Origin: Phoronis australis
Taxonomy: Eukaryota > Animalia > Phoronida
Assembly (NCBI GenBank): GCA_002633005.1
Contig: NMRA01000677.1
Span: 146,926-210,925, forward strand
DNA: 64,000 nt
Direction: 5' to 3'
The translations under genes and the position numbers were made by a program. The notes under the pieces are model-generated. The model ran no database searches and had not been told where the DNA came from. It saw nothing but the letters and a program-made list of their open reading frames with translations. This document shows positions 14,288 through 26,200 of the stretch, one piece after another (position 1 is the stretch's first letter; every line of letters begins with the position of its first letter).

Positions 14288-17200
14288 GTGAGCATAAATA
14301 TAAGGGATCATAGATTACTATGGATAAGGTAAAATTTCTTCAAATTACAACGCAATGTTGCAGAACTGTCAAAATTTTATTTTATCAAAAATTTTAACAG
14401 GAGTAAACAGCCAATAACTTAACTGATCATTTGAAAACTTTATACAGCGCGGCTGTAATCAACAAAAACACGAGATATTGAAAATTTGAATCTGAATGCT
14501 ATGTGTGTTATTCAACATAATAAAGGCACGATTCCAACAGATTTTTACACGCCTGTTGGTCATAATTAAACAATTGGAGAATGTCGATGAATTTTGTATG
14601 CGTCTGTGCACGGGGTTGGTCCTAAAATCATCCCTGCTCAGAAATGGCAGAGTTTTGCAGGTATCAGTTGATTTTCGCAAAGGATTGACTTCAGTATCAA
14701 GTTGACAAGATTATGCCTGTCTTTTGCAGAGGATCCAACAATCCTAGTATCTTTTGCTGAGGGTAGAATGTCACCAATTGTGATTAATAATAATTTTAAT
14801 GAAAACGATGGATTTAAACCGGCTTGACATGTTTCGGAATTTATTAAAACACCATCCTCAGAAGAAAAAACAGTGGCCACCTTGCTAGGCCCAACAACAG
14901 GTAATGATACACAGACACAGTCAGTTACAGGAGAGTATCAATAGACTTGACTAACAATGACAATCTGTGGGGTACCAGTTGCTTCTTCAGACTAGGCTTT
15001 CACCAATATTTGATGTGTGGAGCCTTACTAATTTTCAGCTCCTTTGTTGTTTCTGCTTGGTTTATTGTAGCAAAGTCATTGAAAGAGCATTGCTCATAAC
15101 AACGATTGAAGCTGTGCAGATGAATATTAATATGTGAACTTCTGTCAGAATTTAGATGTTCCCTGGTCCGAGTTTTCAAATGGCGAACAGTTTCGCCTAT
15201 ATCACTGGAGCCACACCCATCGTTGTTTTTATCAGCATATGCTGGTACTTGCTATCAGGGAGATAAAAATAACTGCCAAATGGCTCTCGTTTCATGTTTC
15301 AAAGGTTTCGAACATTGTTGCGTATCCCCGCAAGTTGTCTGCTGTGAGCTGTGATGCAGAGTTTGAATCTATGGAAAAACATTGATTTGGTGCTGCATTA
15401 ACCTTTCATGAAAATTGGGAAAATGAAATTTCAATTGTCCGCCATATTGTGGACTTTCAAAGTGGTGAGATTCTACCGTATTGCCAATTCGATTGACAGG
15501 TTTTTACGAAACACGACACAAGTTTTTATGGCTGGGATTTTCGCCGCCTTCAGTTAGTAATCAAACGGATCGGAGCTACCATAGTGCCTCAGTTTGCCAT
15601 TTTACTTAGATGTTGCATGTTGGTTGGTTTTTGTCAAAATGGATTGACATAGATGTTTTGGTGGTGCTTTATGTTTAGCTAGTTTCCACCAGGATCTCTG
15701 TTGATTTTCAGCTTTGGCTATGTAAATTAACCTAATTATCTTCTACATACTGATGGTACTACTGAGCTGTCCTAGAAACACTCAATTTGCGGTTCAGTTG
15801 TGGGCACATTGCAACACTTTGTGTTGTTCTTGTTAGAAGTGCTGGCTGGTGTCGTCAGCCGCTCCCTTGGAGGGTGCTTATTGTACCTTTTTCTGGTTAT
15901 TTTCTTAAAATTGTTATTTATAGATGATGTTTAACTGAGTCGCATTACCAAATCGCTAAACGGTATTTGTTTGTTCACAGATCTGTGGTAGTAATTACTT
16001 CCTTTGAGTCTGTCAATCACAAAGCTATCTTAAGAAATACACATGTTTATACAACATTTTCAGCCTGAAATGGCCAATACAACTGTGAAATAAGCCATTT
16101 AGTTATTCAACGCGTTGAATAATATTTTGGCAGGAAACCATGGCCAGTTTTGAACCAGCTCCTCAAGATTTTCGAGTCGTCGACTTTACCACTGCACCAC
16201 TCAGCAGCTGACATCATCGAACGTGGAAATAGAATAAATGAGCACGCGCAACAATCGCGGGTTCAACAAACGGCATTGTACCGACATTTATACGCTATGG
16301 AAAATAAGACGCACAATTTCAATAAAAACTATGGCTTTAATTCAGTAAAATTCATCTCTCATTTTCTCTCAATTGTAAACCATGGATCTCCAGTTTGAAT
16401 GCGAGTATCTTGTCGTCAGGTTCCTTCGACTTGGACATTATACTGAGTAGCCATTGGTAACATACTTTAGCAGACGATATTTTCACGGTGGAATGAATAG
16501 ATGCATAGTAAGTTAGACAAGTTGCTTAAAAATTATGTTACAGATTCACTTTAGTTCTATTTTGTTTCAATTTTTATTTGGTTTTAAGTAAAATCACTAT
16601 TTTAACAAGAAAAACTGCGTTTCTTAAAAGGAGTGGATTTTGTAGAATTATGCAAAATCCACTGGGCTCTAGATTTTGGGGGATAACGACTTCACCATGT
16701 AATTATCTATTGTTTAGTTTACATCTCTCCTGAAATCTTATTATTCTAGTTTGACATAACTGTTATAATTGTTCGATATTGTCCTTGTTTTTGTATGGAT
16801 TTTACATAATTCCTCAATGGCAGTACCAGTTCAAGTACGTTTTGAAAGATGTAAAATTAGCCATCACCATATTACTGTCAAGTTCTCTCCTGATGATTTG
16901 GCGTCACTTGACAATTTCCCAATACTGCCTTGTTTTTGTTTTTGTTTTTGATTTGAGTAATTTGTCAGTGGCAGTTCTTGTTCAAGTACCTTTTGAAAGA
17001 TATGAAATCGATCATCATCAAAAACTGTATACAGCACTGGAATGCTTTTGTTCAATAACAGTTTTTTTGCATGTAAAAAATCCTAATGCGAGAATTTTTC
17101 AGGTTGAATGGTTGTGTTCAAATTTACAATTGACCTCACATGTTTGCTGTGTCTGGTCCAAAACTTGTCTTGGATGTATCGTAACGTTTACCAGTGCCCG

Positions 17201-20200
17201 GTTGCATGAAGCAAGCCCAAATAGGGAATCAGCTAAAGCTTTGTTACATGGAAACAGTTGTCACGGTGTGGCTTGCGTTCCATTTTAGTCGCATTTACAC
17301 AACATTAGATCGTGAACTGGACCAACACAAGAGTCATTTACACAAAGACTGTTTGTGCATGCTCGCATAAACAATAGCAAAGATCCAAGCCATATGGAGA
17401 CAGCAGATCACCGGTGTACATACTTAATACTAATACGCAAGGGCATTGAAAAATGATCCAATTCCACCCTACCCCAGTTGTGTTTAGACGTGTAGTTGTC
17501 ACTGGAGCAACTGATCGAGTGCAACTCTCTATACCTCCCAAACCGGCATCAAAAATGGCCACCGTGGTATCAAATTGCCCCGTGTCCGTCATCTTTACAC
17601 ACACACTTGCTCCCAATCAGCTGTTTCGTGTTAGTTGTTCTATGACAACTGTCTCCTGAGTAAATGTGCTTAATTTCCTTAGGTCACTTCAGGAATGTTG
17701 CATGCATAATTAATTCTGGCTAGGGAGAACAATAACTAACTTTAATATGTGACTAGGTTGCTGTAAAATTTCACCTGGTTAGGACACGATGTGGAGAATA
17801 ATTGATTTTGGTTCTCATTTTTTTGTTTAAATGAATAGCACCCTATTAATGCTGCACCATCTATAATTATAGCTGATACCTGGTATACTGTGAAATTGAA
17901 GCATTTTTGCAATAATTTGGGGGAGATATTTTGTAGCCTTCAAATTATGCAATTTTATTTTAAGAACATCCAAAAAGTTTTTGAGTTCTATTCTAATCTC
18001 TTAGTACGTTATATTCATATGTGTTCTCTGGCTTGTAATATTCAGGTGGTTAATGACGTTTAAAATGAAATGCAACGTCTTTTGGTTGCCCAACAGTAAG
18101 AACAGTTTGCCATGGCTGGTTTTGCTGAACTCGCACTGCTGTATGTCTGGCTTTACAATATACCATGTAGTTGAACAGATTTGCACGAATAAAGATTCGT
18201 CTGTGAACTCCTCGTGCGGTTGTCATCTTGTTAAAATCAATCGATCTGTCTTGCTAATGTGTGTTTTGCTATCGAGATGTCTCCATGTGTTATTATCGTT
18301 TTTGTCATCTAGCCAAACTTAATTATCCTATTCAGTGCGGTCGTCAGTTGTTTATGAGACAGCCTGCCGTTTGTATTTCCCTCGGCATCATTCGCACGTT
18401 CCAGGGAATGATGATTTATTCACGTATTTGTTTGTGGTTGTAACTGATGGAGCTCTGGGATTATTCGTTTCCTGGCGTTTGATCAACCGTGCTTAGTTTC
18501 TAACTGATGATTGTCAGTATTTTGTTCTCTTGTGCTGAGTAATAGACAAGTAGAGTTAACATTAACTTAACTCTGACATCCATCCATTACGGTTGAAAGT
18601 TTACCACATTGTTTTAGCCATACATTGAGTTTAATTGCCACGGGTGAAAGACAGTAGGTTTGTCGATATGAATACAATAAAGAGATGCTAAACTATTTAT
18701 GTTTTTATATGGGTGATGCTATTAGCATCGGCTGCTGTGCCGAGTAAGTATTTTTACAAGGCCGAGTAAAAATATTTATGTTAAAAAATTTTCAGTTTAG
18801 GTCACAATGTGGCAGACAGATGAAATTTAATTTTGTCAAATTTGCATTTAGCAATGGTGTGTATGTCATAGCTGTTACAAGACTATATTTTGTAAAATTT
18901 TAAGCATTTGCAACAATGTGGTATTAGCCTCTGAAAAATAGAAATATGGAAACTTATTTTGTCCCGAATTAAAGTATTTTCACCAATGAACCAAGGCTAT
19001 TAACACACTCATATAAAACTGCATATAATTAAACATAGATTATTACATGGCGAAGTTGTTATCCCCCATATTCTAGAGCCTGAGTGGATTTTGGAGAATC
19101 ATCCAATTTTCCAAAATCCACGAGGGCTCTAGATAAGGGGAATAACGACTGAGAACATGTAATAATCTATTTTTACCACATACTGAACGAGAAACATCGC
19201 CTCGGCTCAGTAACTACTTTCTGTGTCAGAGGCCCGAGGTCGGAGGTCGTGACCTTTTAAGAAAAGCCGAACTATTTTTGTCAAATAATGCTTTTACTCA
19301 AAACCAATTGAAAATTTAAACAAAATAGAAATAAAGTGAATCTATAAATTAAGATTTAGCAACCATTATAGCTTGCTACACATTTTATCACGCTAAGCTT
19401 CGACCGGGAAACTATCGTCTGCTAAAGTAGGTTACCACTGGTAACTGAATATAATTCTCAAGTCAAAGGATCCCGATGACACGATACCCGCATTTAAATT
19501 GGAGATCGGTGATTTACAAGTGAGAGAACATGAGAGAAAAAATTCACTGAATTAAAATATCGTTTTTATGGAAATTATGCGTCTTATTTTTCATAGCGTA
19601 TAAATGTCAGTACAATGCCCTTTGTTGAACATGTGATTGTTGCACGTGCTCAGTTAAGTACTCTATTTTCACGTTTGATGACGTCAGCCGCTGAGAGGTG
19701 CAGTGGTAAAGTCGACGACCCGAAACTCTTGCGGCCCGGGTTCGAAACCACCCTCGGTTCTTGCAATAAAGTTATTTCACTAGTGAGATAACTAAATGGG
19801 TTATTACACGGTTATATTTGCCATTCGAGGCTAATATTGTGGTATAATGATATTTATTCCACGTACTAAAGATTTAACCTGGTTTTTGGCTGGCTCTTCC
19901 TTGAGCATTATAAACCATGTCACATGACTGTATAACAACATTTTGGTTGTTGTTCGGACACGTGACACGGTTATTGCATGGGGGTATCAAGACATATGCA
20001 GAATAATGTGAATTATGTTTGCAGTACAGAAGTTAAATTTCAACGAAATTGGAATGCACGTGCGTGTGTGCATAGTCTTTAAAGTGTGTGTGTGTGTATG
20101 TGTGTGTACGTAGGCACATGAATCTATAGCTACCTGAAACATGAGTATGAAAATACGAAATAAAATATACACCTATAGCAGACCATGTTGTTCAGAACCA

Positions 20201-23200
20201 CAGAGTCTACGGTGATTATTAAATGCGTAGTTTGTGGTCGCAAAATCCAAGGGGCTGAAAAATGAGTCTCCAGGGAGTTGTTATGCATTCTCAGTCTTAC
20301 CGCTAATTAAACTGCCAGGCCATCATTAGGAACTATGTCCGTCTTCTCGTGCCTTGTGTATTGACAAAGAGCGGTCATTCACATGGCAACGCAGTCTTGT
20401 ATAAAGCATGTACTCAAATGACTGCAGTCGGCTGAGGTCAAAACAGCTACAAATTCGGTGCATGTTCTGCAACAGTGTGCTTTTTATGGGTGTTAAAAGT
20501 AACTGTTTAAAATTACTTGGCAAAGTAAAAATGAGATCGCTGTAGCGTTGTAAAGGGAAAGCTACTGCTTTTTTTTCGACGTTGCCTGAAAGATCTTTTT
20601 GCATGAACTACTGTTGCCATGGTATTTGTTTATTTCTTATGCAATAATATGAAGTCACACAATTGGCCTATCGAAAGGTCCATTCAATAAACACTAATAA
20701 ATGTCTTAGACTACACCCGCAAAACCAGTCGGACATTGCATTCAGTCAACAGTACTGAATGCAGAAATAAGATGCAGGCCTTTGGCTGCCTTTCATGTTA
20801 TTGTCTATTGTTACATAGATTGTAAATTCACACCAGGGCAAAAAAAAAACAAAAAATGTGGACAAATTTCTTTCCAAGATTTCAGTAAAGGTAACTTTAA
20901 AAATGTAAAACCTTGCTTGCCCGCATTGCAGTAGCTTGAAATAAGATCTCAAAACCTTTTGCTAACATTGATGTGGTGAGCGCGTGGCAGGTTTTAAAAT
21001 GAGTCGTGGCATAGGCCAGAACCAATTCTGCTTTTTTTCCTGAAGTCTCACTGGCTCAAAAACTAGGTTGTCTGACATGTAAGTTTTTCAGTGTGGAATG
21101 GGCATTGGTCGCTGACTGTACACGGAGATCAGTATACCCCCAACCTAAACCAACCAAATATCAATGGAATGCCTACTGAATTGATACTTGCTGATCATGA
21201 ATTCGTATATTGTATACCTGGTTATTGCGATGACACATTTTGTTGAAGACATGGTCACGTAATCTTGTCTCGTGAAATTTTCTTTTCAGACGGGGATGGC
21301 AGTATCTGCAATGATTCACACTTCCCAAGAGTTTTCCTGCTAATGCATAGGTGGTTTGTTACCTCAGAGGAGTTGGCGGAACAGTTAATATATTTGTATC
21401 CTTGGCTTATACTTCCATTAATGTCACTTTTCCATCAGGGGAATTCTGGTCTATCTTTTGTAAGTGTTGACAATAATTCATGAATTTGGGACGACCGATA
21501 TTTAATGATTCTAAAATTTGGTGCAAGCTTTGACCTCGAGCAAAATAATTAATTTTTCACGGTCCCAAAGTGGAAAGTTTTTACTCTATTGTAAGGGAGG
21601 CACTCCCAATGTCTGTTGTCAGTGCCCTCTGGTGAAGAACCTGAGTACTGCATAGAAAAGTCATATTATAAATTGTGCAATTCAATATTTTGCAACTTTT
21701 TACGGCACGTTTGTTTCATTATCCTGTCATTTGATGCTGTGTGCATATAGGTCTTAATTATCTAATAAAGAATTTAATACGATTTTTGCCTCATACATGT
21801 CAGTCATCATATGCCTGTCATTTGACAATGCGTTGTCATTTGGCAATTGACCATCATATGCGTGTGACTCAGTTATGTGTCAAGTGTTGCTCTGACAGTG
21901 TATGCCTTAATTTTGCATGACGGTCAAGTCGTTTAACTGCAACTTTCCCAACCGAATGATGGCCCCTCCATCATGGCCCCTCCATCATGGCCCCTCCATC
22001 ATGGCCCCTCCATCATGGCCCCTCCATCATGGCCCCTCCATCATGGCCCCTCCATCATGGCCCCTCCATCATGGCCATTCTAAATCCTTCTAAAGTCTCT
22101 TTAGCTTCTCTCGAAATATTATGGCCAACACCGCTAACGTTCCATTTTTCACTAGCGTCATTTTTTGTTCAAAACGTTACTGAGTGCTTTGTGGTGTAAT
22201 GTAAACTTGTACCTGCGCAGTAAACACTCATTGTTTTCAATGGTGTCGAAATAGAATTTTATTACTTTTATTCTGAATGGAAGAAACTTATGCACTATAT
22301 GCAAGAGGGCTTGACAAGAAACTTCATTTTTTTGTTGTTTTATCTTAAATTTTAGCAGTACACAACTTATGCAAAAGTAACTAAATACCACCTAATGAGT
22401 AATTTGTTTACAGTGCAAAAATATCCAACGATAAAGGCATTTTTTCTGAAAGACATGCTAATTCTAGGAAGACTTTTCTTGTCAAAACTACCTAAGTTGC
22501 ATTCCTGTAATGAGGTTGTTGTGTCTTGAACGTCAATCTGGCTACTTAGGACACCTGTTGTGATTAATTTGTCATTTTAGACAGGTTGTTTATTCTCTGA
22601 TTTGTCCTCTCCTAATCTGGGTCTATTTACCTTATTGACAATTATCTACTGTACGTCCATGACATTTTCATCTGCGTGGATTTGCCTGATGCGATGCCAT
22701 TAACATTGTTTATAATCTTTTGTTTTCGAGCTCATTTCTTGGTAATGTCGGCTCATTGTGACGTAAGCAAATTCTTATGGTTCTCTTAAACAACATGTTT
22801 GTTTCGAATGTACTTCAAGAGAATTTAATACGGGTTTCAGGTTTTGAAACTGTTTTATTTTGTATCACGGATGACGGTCGCATGTCAAGTGTTATGCTTT
22901 TAGAACGTTTTGTGTGTGTATCCTTATTTTTTCTACAACTTTCCATTAATTTATCCGTGAACACATTTTAGCACTTATTTTAATTGTTATTCGTAGACCA
23001 TGTTTGTTGTGAGAATGCCAAGATCGCGCAAGACCTCGTAGAATCACGCGTGGTGCATGTAACCTCAGGACATAACATGCGTAACCTTTGGGTTACTGAT
23101 AAATCACATTTATTTCCACTTTTTCCTCTTATGTGTTATTTCCCCATTTTATATTGAATTTAGGGCTAATTCATTTTGAGTGGCATTGTTAATGATAACT

Positions 23201-26200
23201 TTAGTGTGGAGTAAGAACACCAATCATAGATAGTTGTTTATGTATTGTGCTTGGCTCAGATAAGTACACGCAGAACTTCTATGATCCCAGCGTAAAGTAT
23301 CAATTTGTATTTTGTTCTCCAGGCCTCACAAATGTCATCAACTTTGGCATACTTTGAAACAATGGGTGAACATTCCCTGGATTATGTCTTGTATTTAGTC
23401 TAAATGACGTTTAGTGTTGAAAAGTTTTTTTAAAAGTACTGAAAAAATCCCCCATGTTGTTTTTATTGTTTTATTCCATAACAAGAGAGAGCGCACCTTG
23501 TGATGAACTAAGTCCATGAGAAATGGACGAAACGACTACATCGACAACCTCAAAGTACGGCTTTTCAGTTCAAAAAAGGGTCTGTATTTATATCATTTTT
23601 AAAATTATTTGCATGGTCATCTAAAAATATCATAGTCATGGTTATTCATTTCTTATCGGTATATTCCTCTGTTCTGTTGCTGCATGAAAGCATAGTGATA
23701 ATGTCAAAAATGTGTCATATATGTTGCCTTGGCGATGTATTGATTTTGAACCTGGATGATTTTATCTTGGTTCATTGTACTGAAAAATTGCATAATGGGG
23801 TTTTTAATTCAAGTGCTTTTATTATCTGGCTGGCTCACTAATAATGTAAAAATGCCCAGTTGGTTTAATGAGCATTTTAATTTGAATCGCTGTGGGTTTA
23901 ATCTGGTGTAAAAAGCATTGCACTTACTGTTGTCGGCAACAATAGTCGACCTAGCCATTGCTAACTTGAACAGTTTTGAGCGGTTTTATTTGCACACCAT
24001 GCAGTGTACGCCTATGATTTTCATTCATGGTTGCATAGGAGCTTATCATCAAATCAGCGCATTCAGCAAATTATCCAGAAAACTGGATTTTAACTCGTAC
24101 AAATGCATTAAATGCATTTTTTCTTCAAGTAGAAATCTTATTGAAATTGATTTTTTAGTTTTTTACAAGTCTGTTAATTGGGTCACGTTACCATGTCTTT
24201 TTAGTAAAAATTAGCAAAATTGAAAGGTACATTGATAGTAAAACAACAGTATCGATAACATGATCAAATTTTATTTGATAGAAATGTTAAAGGTGAGATA
24301 TCAAAAACACTGTTACAGTTTTCTAAGTTGTCATTTCACTTTCATTTTGTGCAACTTTAATAATTTTTCATGAGCATCATAAAAATCTTATTTTTCGATA
24401 GTCCCTCATGCAAACAATTCCATTTTGTGATCAGTAAGTACGTGAAGCATAGTTTCATATATGGATCCGATTTACTATTTCTGAGATACGATGTTCCGAA
24501 GTCGGCCAAATTTGGCCATTTTTATAGGTTCCAAACCCCTGCCTTCTATAAAAGACGTGATTAATCAGTATTGCCTCGGACCGATTGACCAGGCGCACTA
24601 CAAAATTTTGTCATTAGTAGCTACGGTAGTTTTGGCCACTGAGGCAGTAAGGTAGACTGGGGATTTCCATGTAATTTATTTTAACCAATAACCAATTTCA
24701 ATTTGAATAAATTATAAGAATGTAATTACATTGCTCTTGATCAAAATGTCCTGTGGAAAAATTTGACACCAGAACATGGTTTGATGTGGCTTTGATTGTT
24801 AAATGTTTTTGTTTAGTTTTTATATCTCATGCTTCTTTTTTGTCTATTTGGAATATTACCAAAACACCAGGTGCACTACTTCGACCTCTGCAGGGCATAA
24901 TGAACTTGTGTAGTGTAGATCCATTTATAGGATTTGTTTTTAACATATGGCGTGATTGAAAACTACGGTAATTCTTCTCGAATTTTGCACAGTTACCTCA
25001 TTTCTCATACCAGGAATTATGAAGAAAAGTACTGCTTTGTCTCTCACTTATTTCGCACAAGGCTACATGGCAGGATTTTCTTGCCTCGCCTAATTCGCGC
25101 ATGGTCAGTTTTCCTGGCAAGTTTGAAGCCGTTCTTGTGAATGAGTGGTGTAAAATTTACGACTGGACTTTGTGGTCACGAGTGATTGGCCAGAATTTGC
25201 TCATGAGTACTGTACGACGATGTGGCGCAGTGATAGCCATATGATAATAATTCATGTGTGAACGCAGAAATAAGAACTGTCTTACTTTGTGCAGAAATTT
25301 TGTTTTTCCTTAATCTGGGCTAATCAGATATCACTATGGTGCTTCTCGCGTGACATCGTGTGCAGACAAATGCAAACACCGATTGAACGATGTGGATTGT
25401 CAACACCACAGATACAAGGCCAAAGTCTGTCACGCACTCAGGTCAGTAATCAGTACACTCATCACTTTTAGTGGCAATATATTTATTGTAATCAATATTG
25501 GTTAGCATAGCTAGAAGACTTCCCAGCTCAAGTTTGCTGAGAAATGAGATTTTTGTGTTGTTTACGTGACAACTTTGATGTAGCGCAAAGTGACTCAGTG
25601 CAGACTGACGAAGCGCAAACTACCATGGCACCAATTGATGTTGGGTATAGGGACACGGCGCAATATCCACGTTAATGGAGATATACGCCGCTTCGGCAAT
25701 TTGTCTCCAGTTTTTTGAGGAAGTACAAGTTGTACTTATTGAAGGAGCAGGGAAATTGAAGCTTGGAAAAAATCAAATTGCGCGACGCACTATTAAGCTT
25801 GGTCATACAAAGCCGGGTGCAACCCAGTTTTTGTGCTATCTGTAAATCAATTGTTGCATCCAAATTATTTCCAATTTTTCAGCTGCCGTTAGCGCAGCGT
25901 AATTAGTAATTACTCATAAGATATAGTGGCCAAGGTATACCAACAGTGAGCACTTTATTAAATACCAGGTGAAAAGTTCAAGGATATTTATACGTATCGT
26001 TTGGAGGTTATGAAAGGTCAGTCCAAAAGATGTGAAGGTCGTCGATTGTATTGCTGCTAAACTATTAATTTGATTTCATCCACCTATGCAAGCTGGCTAA
26101 CTTGTAACATCACTGTTCTTGACAACTTTTTATTCAGTGGTAATAAAATAGTAACTGTTGTACATATGACTTGTGAGTGATTCCTGCCACTGAACCTAAA

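Larger units (their letters stand above)
21396..25327 (+). other. U12-type (minor spliceosome) GT-AG intron of RasGRP
   Basis: 5' site GTATCCTTGG matches the RTATCCTT consensus; branch motif TTTTCCTTAAT at 25304-25314 lies about 13 nt before the AG; no polypyrimidine tract; the junction restores the frame. Confidence 0.9.

Noticed and set aside
16779-17288. 169-aa ORF
   Set aside because: Spans a small local duplication (about 16818 and 16968) and a TTTTTG low-complexity run; no domain
19690-19760. tRNA gene
   Set aside because: A and B boxes are present but I could not fold a full cloverleaf, and it sits inside a dispersed repeat
21987-22199. [17 protein letters not shown] repeats
   Set aside because: Translation of the 14-bp minisatellite; no splice or homology support
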